A stretch of DNA of 64,000 nt from Octopus sinensis. Lineage: Eukaryota. Positions within the stretch are counted from its first letter, which is position 1. Every line of letters begins with the position of its first letter. This document shows positions 11,913-24,611 of this stretch, piece by piece. The position numbers and the translations under genes were made by a program. The notes under the pieces were generated by a model that made no database searches, was not told the DNA's origin, and was given only the letters and a program-made list of their open reading frames with translations. The stretch covers positions 40,796,001-40,860,000 of the forward strand of contig NC_043009.1 of assembly GCF_006345805.1 (NCBI RefSeq), read 5' to 3'.

Positions 11913-12243
11913 TTTACATTATTTACATTCGACGGATATTTGTCCTCATTTTGTTTGTTGTTAACACAACGTTTCGGCTGATATAGCTTCCAGCCTTCTT
12001 CAGGTGTCTTGGGGAAATTTTGAACCTGGGTTCTCGTTCCTAAGGTATTTTTTCGATGTTATTATTATTATTATTATCATTATTGTTCAGGTCACTGCTT
12101 GGAATCGAACTCGGAATCTTGGGGTTAGTAGCCCGTGCCCTTAACCACTACGCCATATGCCCGTGGAGGGTATATCAGTCGAAATGTTGTGTTAACAACA
12201 AAGAAGATGAGGACAAATATCCGTCGAATGTAAATAATGTAAA
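11913..12243 (-). mobile_element. tRNA-headed, hammerhead-containing SINE/retrozyme-like element with inverted 3' duplicate
   Basis: Minus strand: tRNA-like head 12162-12090 (A box TGGCGTAGTGG, B box GAGTTCGATTCC), (AAT)n, hammerhead, tail ending in AATGTAAAT repeats; arms 11913-11992 and 12164-12243 inverted. Confidence 0.68.
11964..12007 (-). ncRNA. Minimal type I hammerhead ribozyme motif (dimer-type helix III)
   Basis: Minus strand ACAC-CTGAAGA-A-GGCTGG(AAGCTATA)TCAGCC-GAAAC-GTT-GTGT; helix III is the loopless palindrome AACGTT. Confidence 0.78.
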
Positions 12244-14033
12244 TAATGTACATAATTCCTCATCTCTTAATATAGAACAAAGTTATATTTTGTTTTTATA
12301 TTTATTTCTTTTCATTAAGAAGAAACCTAACACAGTCTCCTCTAAACCTGAGAAAAATATGTAGGGGTGCAAATTTTAAGTTTGCAACTCCTCTCCTAAT
12401 TGCCCTTTAAATCTCGCTAGACTTATCACTTAGTTTACATTAAATATACCAGTCCACTGAATAAAAACTAAGTCAAACACAAGCTAATGAAGGAACCACT
12501 ACGTAGTTGATCGGCCTGGAGGCCATGCTTGCTTTCTTTAAAAACTAAAAGAGCATATTTGATTATTTAGTCCTGAGTATGTACTTTTGGTCATAACATT
12601 CTTTGATCAGGGATGCCCTGGGACGAAACAATAACAACAACAGCAGTAACACTAGTCCTTTTTGTTTTAAGTTCAACTTCTGTCATAATCAACTTTGGTT
12701 TTTATTATTTTTTTTTTTTTGAGTTCCCGAATTTTCTGGCCATCCACTAGTGTCACCCAGTGCAGGTTTATGATTTCAATACGGCATGAAAACCAGGTTA
12801 CCGGCTTTATGAGTCCAAGGGCTCGAAAAAGTAAAGAAAATAAAACAAGATATGTGTGCGCTTTTATAGCTAGTGAACATTTCTGTAGCCAGCAGTATTG
12901 AGTTTAAGTCTTTCGCTCAGATGTCGGAAAGACGATGAAAAAGAAACCACGGTAAACAGTTGTATATCCTGTTCTGAATTACAATATGAATTTGATGTAT
13001 TTAATAATACTTTGGCACCAGCTGTTTGAAAGAGTATTATTTACTTTTAAGAACAAATTTAAATATATTGCAACATCGTTTCTCTCAAATACACTTAATA
13101 ATTTTCAGTAACGGACGCCATACAGCTAAATGTAAACCACATGGGAGTTAAGACTTCATTTAAAATGGCGTGGATTTTGACTGATTTTTTTTGTTAACAC
13201 TCTTGAGAAAGGAATGAATATCACCACTCCCACGAAACGCAAGACATTTGTTTGCGGTCAAAGTATTCATTATTCCATATATATATATATATATAGATAT
13301 ATATATATATATATGTGTGTATATTGTGCAATAGTAAGTGTACAGAAATGAAATCACGGGAATACGATCGATATTGGAATAAATAAAATATTTGTGTGTC
13401 TGTTCAAATTGACATGTTAAGCTCTGAATTTCAATTAAGATAAACAAGAAATAGAGTAGAAAGCAAATTAAAGAGGAAAAAAATGCTGCTTGAAGTTCAC
13501 AGCCTCAGGGGGTTGACGTTTACCTAGATTTTCAAGTCGTTTTAGGATGAAAATAAAAGACACTTTATTGTGTGATTATGAGGTCAGTTCGTCGCTGGGT
13601 TAATTTCTTGGCGTTACTAGAGGCTCATTTTCGACTGTACTGGAACATTAAAAAAAATATCTTTTATTACTTGCTGAGTCAGGAGGAAGGAGCAATATCC
13701 ATGACCTTTACAGACCTTTTGAGAGTGGTGAGTCTGTTACTATTAATGTTCCAGTTTATCTCTTATAGATTAACGCCTGCAGAAAGGACATGAGCAGAGA
13801 GAAGATTCCAGTGGGGACGATATTCTCTCTTAAATTTTATATTTTACTTGTTTCATTCAATAGACTGCGGCCATGCTGGGGCACCAACTTGAAGAATTTT
13901 TTTCTAAGCCTGGCACTAATTCCGTCAGTCTCTTTTGCCGAACCTCCAAGTTACGGGGACGTAAACACACCAACACCGGCCGTCAAGCGGTGGTAGGGGA
14001 CAAACACAAAGACACAGATACATATATCCAATG

Positions 14034-14073
<40 letters not shown>

Positions 14074-14123
14074 CTTATATATATATATATATATATTAAT
14101 ATATATATATATATATATATATT

Positions 14124-15400
14124 TTAGATTGTTCCGAAAATAAGGGCCGCTCTAAGTGTACTGTTTTGAAACGCAATTTTATCATAGTATTTTAATTATA
14201 TTTTTGGTGAATTTCGACATACTTAATAACTGATGTATGCTCTTTAATAATTTTCTACTTATTTCAGACAGAAAACATTCTTGAAGCATAGACGCCCTTA
14301 ATTTTGAACATGACAAAAAAGGACCTTCCCTTACTTTGCTTGCATGAGTTCAAGCTTGGGTCCAATGCCTCCCAAACTGCTACCAATCTCAACAGAACAT
14401 GGGGAGAGGGGTCCACAAGTGATCGCACAATACGAAAGTGGTTTCAGAATGTCCGTAGTGGTGATGAAGGCCTTGAAGATGAAGGAGGTAGAGTATGTTC
14501 ATGCAGTCTTGACAATGAACAACTGAAAGTAGTTGTTGAACAACACTCAGGTCAAAGTGTCAGAGAAATGTCTCAGGAACTTGGTGTGGGTATTTCAAAA
14601 GTCTTATACAATCTGCAGAAGATTGATAAGGTGAAAAAGCTCGATAAATGGGTACCGCATGAGCTCAAGGAAAATTAAAAAGTTCGGCGTTTTGAAGTGT
14701 GCTCGATGCTCTTTCTGCGAAACACCAATGATACTTTTCTTGACCGAATAGTCATTTGTGACGAAAAGTGGATCCTTTATAAGTGTAAATGATCAGAGCA
14801 ATGGCTTGATCGTGATGAGTCCCCCAAACATTTACCAAAGCCAAAGTTGCCTCAGTAAAAGATTATGGTGACTGTGTGATGGTCTACAATTGGTGTTGTC
14901 CATTACAGCTTTTGGAAGCCAATCAGAGCATTACAGCAGAGGTTTACTGCAATCAACTCGCTGAAATGCATGCTCACTTGCAAAAAAACGAGTCTTGCAT
15001 TGGTGAATCAGCGTAATCCAATTCCTCTCCACGATAATGTTACGTCATATGTTGCAAGAATGACGCTGCAGAAACTCACAGACTTGGAATGCGAGACTTT
15101 ACCACATCCTCCATATTCTTCTGATTTTTCACCCAATGACTACCATTTTTTAAAGTATTTAAACGCGTTTTTAAGTGATAAAGCTTTCAGGTCCTAACGA
15201 GAAGTGGAATCAGCTTTCAAAGATTTCTTAACATCAAAGCCAATAAGTTTTTATCAACGAGGCATAAATAATGTCATTGATCGATGTCAAAGATACATAG
15301 ATTTTCACGGTTCATACTTTGACTAATCAAAACATTTCTGTTGTTAATTTTTCCAAAATAAAATTATGTTTCTGAAATTGGTCATTATTTTCGGAACAAC

Positions 15401-15404
<4 letters not shown>
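14124..15404 (+). mobile_element. Full-length decayed mariner (DD34D, Hsmar1/cecropia-like) transposon
   Basis: TIRs TTAGATTGTTCCGAAAATAA / TTATTTTCGGAACAACCTGA, about 1.28 kb, TA flanks. Transposase motifs WVPHEL, CDEKW, LHDN and YSSDFSPNDY are split by stops and frameshifts. Confidence 0.93.
14304..15325 (+). pseudogene. Mariner transposase pseudogene
   Basis: ORF 14304..14678 (HTH region) ends at an in-frame TAA; catalytic pieces continue in other frames (for example 14970..15197). Confidence 0.88.
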
Positions 15405-15441
<37 letters not shown>

Positions 15442-15609
15442 ACGACGGGTGTTTTTCAGTTTCCGGCTATCAAATTCACTCACAAGGCTTTCGTCGGCCA
15501 AATACTAAAGTGGAAGATACTTCCCCGAGGTGCCACGTAGTGGGAGTGAACCTGAAACTATGTGGTTGGGAAGCAAACTTCTTACTACACAACCACACCT
15601 GCGCCTATA

Positions 15610-15960
15610 TTCTGGAGATGAACCCTGTATAGCAGTTAGTACAAGGCTGGGTGGGAATAATGGATGCAACGGGAGTTGTTAGAGTGGAAGAGATAGTGCT
15701 CCGTGATCGCTGCAGGTCCTCCAAGACCGGTGAGGGCCTTGACGCCATTAATGTTCTGGTTAAACTGCTAAATGTCAATACAATATCTGCTGGAATGATA
15801 AGGCTGGGGTAAGATTCTAGAAGAATGATGTTCAGAAGAAGAAAGATTTTGTGTTGTGGTTGCTGCAGAGTCGAGGGGGAGAAGTGTGGATGCAACAAGA
15901 ATGGCGAGAGGTGAAGGGACGAATGAGTAGGGGTGCATAAATGAAAGGAAGGATTGATCT
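15610..15960 (-). mobile_element. Possible LINE apurinic-endonuclease remnant
   Basis: Weak resemblance (SPST...IF...SYPS.II.AD) to the CR1/L2 APE segment; heavily decayed. Confidence 0.35.
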
Positions 15961-15964
15961 TTGG

Positions 15965-16290
15965 TGAAGACACGTGGTGGTTAGAGTATTCGGATCACGA
16001 TCTTAAGATCCTGAGTTCGATTCATGGTGATGCGTTGTGACCTTGAGCAAGACACTTTATTTCACTTTGTTCCAGTCCACACGGCTGGCAAAAATGAGCA
16101 GTACCTGTATTTCAAAGAGCCAGTCTTGTGGCATTCTGTGTCACGCTGAATCTCGCTGAGAACTACTTTAAGGGCACTCATGTTTGTGGAGTACTCAACC
16201 ACTTGCACGTCACTATCACGAGTAGGCTGTTCTGTTGGTCGGATCAACTGGAACTCGCATCGTCGTAACCGACAGAGTGCCCGGAGGTAG
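15965..16290 (+). mobile_element. CORE-containing SINE with alternative tail (...GTAACCGACAGAGTGCC)
   Basis: B box GAGTTCGATTC, CCTTGAGCAAGACAC core; tail shared with 58840-59020. Confidence 0.7.
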
Positions 16291-16484
16291 CCGTTAAGAA
16301 TGTGATTTCATATCCTTAACAGTAATCCGTTCCTCCTCATAATTCTACTCGTTCAGAGTTGACTACACAACGACCAATTACTTACTGACGTTTCCCCCCT
16401 ACGCTGAACTTCTTACACTGACTTACCAATAGATATAATTCTTCACTTCAAGACCAACTATTTTGTAGAAAGCCTCCTCTTTCA

Positions 16485-16715
16485 GGCGGCGAGCTGTCAG
16501 AAACGTTAGCACGCCGGGCGAAATGCTCAGCGGTATTTCGTCTGCCGTCACCTTCTGAGTTCAAATTCTGCCGAGGTCGACTTTGCCTTTCATCCTTTCG
16601 GGGTCAATAAATTAAGTAACAGTTACGCACTGGGGTCGACGTAATCGACTTAATCCGTTTGTTTGTCCTTGTTTGTCCCCTCTATGTTTAGCCGCTTGTG
16701 GGCAATAAAAAAATA
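16485..16715 (+). mobile_element. Meta-like SINE monomer
   Basis: About 15-bp TSD AGAAAGCCT(C/T)CTCTT. Confidence 0.85.
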
Positions 16716-17966
16716 AGAAAGCCTTCTCTTAAGTTTTTACATGATCGCTAGGCCTTTTTAGTGTCGCAGCAAAATGATTCTTTCAGTTTTAAAATGGAAT
16801 CCTGTCTTAAATCTAAAATCCTTGAACCGTAAACTAAATATTGTTTCGGGTTGTAGGAATTATGGTATCGGTTACCCTGTTTCTATGGCGATTAAGTGAC
16901 CAAGAACACACACACACAAACCCACCTGAACGGGAAATCATTTCGTCGTAGGGTTTCTCATTTAAGACTGTGAAGACTGGAGTAACGTGAACAGAAGTGT
17001 TTTGTCCAATAATGCAACGCACTGTCAGGTCTGAGAATTGAAACCACAATCTTGTGATCGTGACTGCAACCCCCATAACTATTGCGTCATTCGCCTTTGA
17101 AACGTATTCCTTACAATAAAGGCAACATGGCCACCGTTAGATGCCCGATTGAATGATTGCCTTTCATCCTTTCAGGGTCGATAAATTAAGTACCAGTTAC
17201 GCACTAGGGTCGATCTAATCGACTGGCCCCCTCCCCCAAAATTTCGGGCCTTGTGCCTTGAGCAGAAAAGAATACTTCTAATCATGGAGAGTCGTCGGGA
17301 GTATGTGTCATGCATTTTCTTGTTAGATCCGGTCATAGAAATATCGACTTTGCAAAGCTTATCTGTACCTACTAATGAATCGTCAACCAAAATAAAATAT
17401 ACCCAAGCTACACAAGATCAACTTCCTTCCTCCATGTGGACCAAAACTGTATAACCAAACACCCATCAAGTGTTTATATTATACGAGCAGTCTATTTATT
17501 TTGTAAAATTTTGTTAGATTTTCGAAATTAGTTCAGTCCTATTACGCAAGAAAAATTTTAATCTGATGAACTATTTACAATTGGATATGTTTTTTCTTAT
17601 TGCTAGTGGAATAAACAAATGCATGTTTTAATTTTAAGTTGACGAAACACATTCAGTGAAATGAAGAAATGAACCATACTTAACATGTGCATACCAACTC
17701 CTCTGCTATCAACACAGGTCTATGAATATGTGCGAGGTTTTAATGTTAACCAATGAGAATAAGTTACTTTTACGTTTTCCTTCTTCTCCTCCTCCATACC
17801 AAATTCCAAGTTAGCTAAAAAAAAAAATAAAATACCCGAACATAAATTTTGCAGCTAAAGATAAAATTATTTTGAAATTCTTTCTTCGGTATCCATTTCG
17901 GATTGTGTGAAATGATGCGATAGATACGTGGCTAATGAATTACTTCTATGGTGAATGATGTCTAAA

Positions 17967-17999
<33 letters not shown>

Positions 18000-18121
18000 T
18001 TACCAGTTTTAAACTTTATCACGTGGGAAGTTTACTGTGGTGCAAAGTCACTAGAAGTGACCCAAGGAGTATGACAGAACTCTATTTTAATGAATAGTGG
18101 TAATGGGGTAAAAAATGAAAA

Positions 18122-18155
<34 letters not shown>

Positions 18156-19207
18156 TTGAGAATGCTCCAAATTATTCTGCAAGAGTAATGCCTTGGTTCA
18201 CAGTCTGAAGGTTAACAGGATAGGAAATGAAATTTTAATTGTTCCCTGGTCTGAAGGAGTGCACGGGTTGAAATCATTAGCTATAAGTCTTGAATACTAT
18301 CTTAGAATGCTAACCAGTTAGTAAGAGACCAACTTTTGATGCAGTAGAGGTAGAATCCTCTGAGCGGGCACACAGCTTGATTTCAGCAATTAAGATGAAA
18401 GTTATATATGTGTATGTTCTTTTTATTCTGTCATTAGATACGGTATTTTCAAGGCAAGAGTAGATCATCTTAATATGATGTGCATTAAAGAGTTTATGTT
18501 ACATGTGTATGCTTGAGATATATTTCCTCATTAGTGATAGTAAAGTTTCTACAAATATTTCGTGTCTATATGAATTTTTTCTCTTATTTCTCAAATCAAA
18601 GGCACAACAAGAGTGGAGTGGAATCTGAGATTTTATTTTGAGAAATTAGGACAAATTTTGAATGATGAAAATAATGTGCAGAATTGTTTTAGCCGAATTT
18701 ACATTGAGAATTCTTATAGTCTGGCGATTCATCAAGCATTCTGAGCGTAGTTCTGTGTTTTAATGCAAAAGGCTCTTTGAGATATTGTTATATTTCGGGA
18801 TGGTCATTATTTTATTTGCCAAATAAACACATTCACTGTATATTCGTTCTTCACTTTAACTTTATTATTGTTCTTATCGGGAATCTTGCAAAACAAATAC
18901 ATAATTGTAATCTCTTTGAGATGTTTCCCTGAACCAAAGTATTGCAGCAAGTACCGTTCCAGTCTTGTATACACACTATAAATATTATACTGACTGGTAT
19001 TTAAACGTAAGGCTATTTCATGTGTGTGTATTAATTTTGTACAGACGCACATATATACAAACATACAGGTTTTGTTGTTACATACAAGAAAATAGGAATA
19101 AAAACATAATCATCACTTTACGTCCGTTTCCCAGGCAGTATCAAATTACTAGACTAATTCATAAAAGTTAAAGAGAGAATTGTAGCCCAATTAATTAGAA
19201 ACAGAAT

Positions 19208-19575
19208 TAGACCTGATGAGATGCGGATTGGTATTGTACCAGGAGAAGTACTACTAATGCTATCTTCCTAGTGAGACAGCTGCAGGAGAAGTATAAAGTA
19301 TTTAGCTAAAAGTAAACAATTGTACTTGGAATCCACTGACCTGGAGGAAGCCTTCAACTAAGTCCTTTGTTTTGTGAGAAAACTAGAGGAAGTGGAATGG
19401 CACGTGAAAGCTTGGCAACATCACTAGCTCTAGTGGGGCGCCAGAAAGTGCACCAAGTAGACAATGTAAAGTGGTTGACACTAAGAAGAGTATCCAGCCG
19501 TAGAAACCATGCCAAAGTTTGACACACGCCTGTGGTTTGCCAGATCCTGACAAACCGACAAACCCATGCCATGAT
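19208..19575 (+). mobile_element. RTE-type LINE RT remnant plus degenerate 3' tail
   Basis: Frameshifted DEMQFGF.PG.ST..AIFLVRQLQEKYLAK.K.LY...DLE.AF-like sequence, followed by a degenerate copy of the RTE-type tail. Confidence 0.65.
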
Positions 19576-19892
19576 ATACATGTATGTAGGTGTATATGTA
19601 TGTATACATGTATGCTTCAATGTATGTATGCGTGCTTCAATATACGTATGTGTGCATGTATATAAAAAAAACCTCACACTATAAGTATACTGTCTTACAA
19701 AATGGAATTATATCTTTCTTTCTCCCTCACTATATATATGTGTGTGTTTGTATTTAAGTACATGCGTGTGTGTTTATACACAGGCATATTATGTACAATA
19801 CTTATGTGTATATATATATGTGTGTGTATGCATATCTGTGTGTATACATCCACACACACATACATTCATATACATATATGCAAATATATATA

Positions 19893-21080
19893 TACGCAAG
19901 AAAGCTCTTAGAAAAACCACTGCAAATGCTTTTCCAAAGTTCCCTTGAATGCGGTACATTTCCTCAAACGTTAAAAGAAGGAATAATCTGCCCTGTCCAC
20001 AAAGGAGGAAGCAGAGCAGATGCTATAAACTACAGACCCATCTCTCTGACTTCACATATCAGCAAGATCATGAAATGCATTGTCAGAAAAACACTGACCA
20101 CGTTCCAACAGGAAAATGACTTGCTTACAGACATGCAACATGGTTTCCGTCCTGCACAGAGCTGCCTAACACAGCTACTACAGCACTTCGACTGGGTTCT
20201 AAAACAACAGCTCAACCCTTCAAATGTGCATGTGATATATCTCAACTTTGCCAAGGCATTTGACGAAGTCGATCAGTGGATGATATGTCACAAACTGCGT
20301 GACCTCGGGATCGCTGGTAGACAGTATCAGCAAGCAATGTAATCCGAGAGTTAGGGTCGGTGCGTTATCTGAGAATCTACATGAGCAACGACGCAACGTT
20401 CCATAAGCACATTGCTCAGATGGCAACACTATGTGGGCGGGTGGCAGGTTGGATCCTTACATCGTTCAGGACCAGGAACAGAGACACAATGCTTCTGCTT
20501 TGGAGAACCTTTGTCCTCAGTCGTCTGGATTACTGCTCCCAGCTGTGTTCCCCACAGAGTGCAAAGCTAATTACGGAACTAAAAGCGATCCAGCGCCACT
20601 TCACATAGAAGATAGACTCAGTAAAACACATGGGTTACTGGGAGAGATTGAGGGACCTGGGACTCTACTCCCTAGAGGGGAAATGTGAAAGATATACAGT
20701 GCTATACATGTGGAAAATAATGGAGGGTCTGGCTCCAAATTTCGAAATTGAAATTTACAACCATTCCCGAACTGGACTGCAGTGCACAGTCCCATATTTT
20801 CCATCGAGGATACGAACCCAATATTGTAGTAGCTTGGGATTCAAGGGACTACAACTTTTTAATGCCCTACCACAGAACATCAAGGATCTGCAAGGTGTAG
20901 ACATGGGGGGTCTTCAAAAAAAGTCTTGACAGTTTTTTATCTGCAATTCCGGATGAACCCATATCGCAGCAGGAGGCACAAAAAAAGCGTCAACGCCCAA
21001 TTCACTACTTCACCAGAAGCAATACTGGAAAAATCCCCGGACACAGAGGGGAAACGCTATCGGCGTAAACCTAAAAAAAA
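19893..21080 (+). mobile_element. CR1-like LINE 3' portion, internally deleted
   Basis: RT motifs NYRPISLTS, QHGFR, YLNFAKAFD, then LGI...SRLDYC...QRHFT...YWERL..LGLYSLE. The central YADD region is missing after about 20325. Confidence 0.9.
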
Positions 21081-21524
21081 CAGGTTTAAGGACGGCATAA
21101 GGACTCTAGCATGTTTGTATTAGTTTTAGTTAAAACATGCATTTTAGGACTTCAAGGTAGGTTCAGGCGACACTGTCAATTTACAGCTTTACTCAGCTTG
21201 TGATTGACTGAATTAACTAGCTCCTTCGGATAGGCGTTCTTTGCTACGTCCGATTGTCTCTTACATAATGTGGCTGCTGCCATGATTCAATCGAGTTCCT
21301 TGACTTCCTCGCTTCACTTCCAAAGGACTCTCGGTATGCTGTTTTGCTCTATCGCAGTTAACGCTGGCCTCTCTCACACAAGAACATTCTTCTTCCACGG
21401 ACGCTGGCATAATAGACCAAACTCAATGTCGATATCTTCATGCTATATAGAAACACTTCTATCAAGTCTCTTCTACATGTACAAAGTACAACTAATGACT
21501 TCACGCATTCATTCATTTATTCTA

Positions 21525-22672
21525 TTACTCTTTTAGTTGTTTCAGTCATTTGACTGTGGCCATGCTGGAGCACCGCCTTTAGTCGAGCAAATCGACACCA
21601 GAACTTATTCTTTGTAAGCCTAGTACTTATTCTATCGGTCTCTTTGTCGAACCACTAAGAACATAGACACACAAACGGATCTTTTCCTTTTGAACGGCCC
21701 ATGTCAACACAATTTCTAGTTAACTAAACACTTTTAAACTTCATATACTGGTAGAATGTGTTTATAAAACATCATTTTTTCTTGGCTTTATTGAGAAAAT
21801 TCTATATGTTGTAACATATTTCCACTTTAATTCCAAGCATTTCGGCAATTTTAACCAATCGCTGACCTCCATTTGGGGTGAAAACATTCCGTGCTGTATG
21901 AATATGTCCCTCGTTTAAGAAACAGATTGGGTTTATTTACATTTGCGAAGAAAAAAAGATACCCTTCCCCCACCCCTAACCTTAACCCTAACCCTAACTC
22001 TAACCCTAAATCTAAAATAGATTGAAATGCAATAGATCGATACTAGGGTTATAATTATGGGTGTCAATTTCATACGACACCGCTACGGAAAATGGGATTT
22101 TTTTCTAGCTGTGTCAAATGAAAATGTCGCCCATAATTATAACCCTAGTATCGATCTATTGCATTTCAATCTATTTTAGATTTAGGGTTAGAGTTAGGGT
22201 TAGGGGTGGGGGAAGGGTATCTTTTTTTCTTCGCAAATGTAAATAAACCCAATCTGTTTCTTAAACGAGAGACATATTCATACAGCACAGAATGTTTTCA
22301 CCCCAAATGGAGGTCAGCGATTGGTTAAAATTGCCAAAAATGCTCAAAATTTCAGACGAAATATTTTACAAACTATAGAATTTTCTTAATAAAGCCAAGA
22401 AAAAATGATGTTTTATAAACACATTCTACCAGTATACGAAGTTTAAAAGTGTTTAGTTAACTAGAAATTGTGTTGACATGTGCCGTTCAAAAGGAAAAGA
22501 TCCCACACCAACATATACACACACATACATATATATAGCACTCACAAAGCTTTGGTTGGCCCGAGGCTATAGTAGAAGACACTTGCCCAAGGTGCTACGC
22601 AGTGGGACTGAACACGGAACCATGTGGTTTGTAAGCAAGCTACTTACCACACATCCACTCCTACACCTTACT
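21525..22672 (-). mobile_element. CORE-type SINE split by the foldback element
   Basis: Tail 21525-21676, head 22504-22672. Confidence 0.75.
21677..22503. mobile_element. Foldback / Mutator-like non-autonomous DNA transposon with internal telomere-type repeats
   Basis: About 827 bp near-palindrome with GGATCTTTTCC termini and 9-bp TSD CACACAAAC/CACACCAAC; (CCCTAA)n and (TTAGGG)n blocks in the arms; interrupts a CORE SINE. Confidence 0.8.
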
Positions 22673-22679
22673 GTTAATA

Positions 22680-22985
22680 CACCAGAAACACCTCTATAAA
22701 ACACTACACACCTCTACAAGAACACAACTTAATTCTTTACAAGAAATCTTATGCAAGATATTAACGTTGTACGTAACCCCTGCTGTGAATAAACTTTGCT
22801 ATTGAACAAGGTTGAGTTTTGTCCGTCTGTCAGTGTCTACCGATTACTATTGAACGAACACAAGACACAGTATCAACAATCTCGTACCGCCAACGTTGTC
22901 ACTTCAACCAGACTGTGAAGACACCTTGGGCTATAGCTACACATCAGCTACAAATATAGTGAACTCAACATACTAGCGACCCCTT
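22680..22985 (+). mobile_element. Possible LTR 3' part with PBS-like end
   Basis: AATAAA at about 22788 and terminal CAACATACTAGCGACCC resembling an LTR end plus TGGCGACC primer site; no partner LTR seen. Confidence 0.3.
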
Positions 22986-23020
22986 CACTAGACTGGTGAT
23001 GCATTCACTAAAAGACTACT

Positions 23021-23545
23021 ATGAAGTCACTTGGAATGGATCCAGAGGACATAGAAACCCTTGCTTTGGATCAAGCTGGATGGCGAACAAAAGTATGGAG
23101 TGGAGTGAAAGCGTTTGAAGAGACCAGGGTAACACATGCAAGACTCAAGAGAGATTTAAGGAAGAATGTTACGATCGAGAAGGTAGATCACAATGACCTT
23201 TCTGTGTGCACAGTTTATGACAGATCATGCCTTTCTTTTGCTGGAATCAAATCTCATTTGCGAACCCATGGAAAACAAAAGCTTTACCAACTATTCTGCC
23301 TATATGTCTGTATACACCTTTTCCAGAAGGTTTGCAAATCTAACGGAGGCCTCAAAAGACATTTTAAGATCCACAAAGAGCAGAATTTATCTGCAGCTCT
23401 TGGTGGTCTGAATCGGATAGGCAATCTATGTGGGTGTCTTTTCAAAACATTGTCTGGTTTAAAAAGCCACATCAGATGTCATGATGGTTCTAAAGTGTAG
23501 GTACAGGAGGTGGTCAAACTCTACAAAAGAAGTAGACAACCACTG
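23021..23545 (+). mobile_element. RTE/BovB-like LINE ORF C-terminus with three C2H2-type zinc fingers
   Basis: Open 159-aa frame: LA.D..GWR..V..G...FE then GIKSHLRTH, GLKRHFKIH and GLKSHIRCH; short RTE-like 3' UTR follows. Confidence 0.7.
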
Positions 23546-23689
23546 CTCGAAATGAGGAGTAGATAGACAGCCGACAACTGATGAAGGGTCCTTTCTCTGT
23601 TTTCCATTTTTTTCTCATTGTTTACTATTTAACTCGTTCGTTTATGTATTTCATGTTATTTGCACCGTTGGTGATGTCCTGTACGCAAA

Positions 23690-23781
23690 TATGCATGTGT
23701 GTGTATTTATATATATAAAAGTGTGTGTATATATATATACATACATATATATATTATATATTATTTACTATTTATTACATA

Positions 23782-23835
<54 letters not shown>

Positions 23836-24033
23836 GTATATATATAATGTATATGTATACACGTATATATGTGTATATATATATATATATATACACATAT
23901 ATACATATATATATATATGCATATATGTGTATATATATCATCATCATCATCATCATCATTTAGCGTCCACTTTCCATATGTATATACATACATACATACA
24001 TATGCATATACATATATATGTATGTGTGTGTGC

Positions 24034-24106
<73 letters not shown>

Positions 24107-24218
24107 GTAAATATATATGTATATACATACATGCATATTTATATATGTGTGTATGTATATACATACATACACACATATACATATACATATACATATATAT
24201 ATATGTGTGTGTGTGTGG

Positions 24219-24250
<32 letters not shown>

Positions 24251-24442
24251 TATACGTTTATATATTGGCTAAACTGGCAAAATGACCATTCCGAAATATA
24301 ACAATATATATATATATGTATGTATATATGTAAATATATATCTATATACATACATGCATATGTGTATATACATGCATGCATATATATATATGTGTGTGTG
24401 TATATACATACATACATATGCATATACATATATATATATGTA

Positions 24443-24475
<33 letters not shown>

Positions 24476-24537
24476 GTAGATATGTAAATATATATGTATA
24501 TACATACATGCATATATATATATGTGTGTGTATATAC

Positions 24538-24611
<74 letters not shown>

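Larger units (their letters stand above)
13845..15606 (-). mobile_element. CORE-type SINE split by the mariner
   Basis: Tail 13845-14070 and head 15440-15606 flank the mariner at the central TA run. Confidence 0.75.

Noticed and set aside
13681-13840. GTGAGT...TTATAG giving an apparently in-frame spliced peptide
   Set aside because: The intron would be only 41 nt, with no recognisable homology and no neighbouring exons.
21970-22205. Chromosome end or telomere fusion
   Set aside because: The tracts are short and lie symmetrically within a TSD-bounded transposon.
23578-23690. CTGATGAAGGG after the RTE fragment
   Set aside because: No matching helix II partner followed by GAAA downstream.
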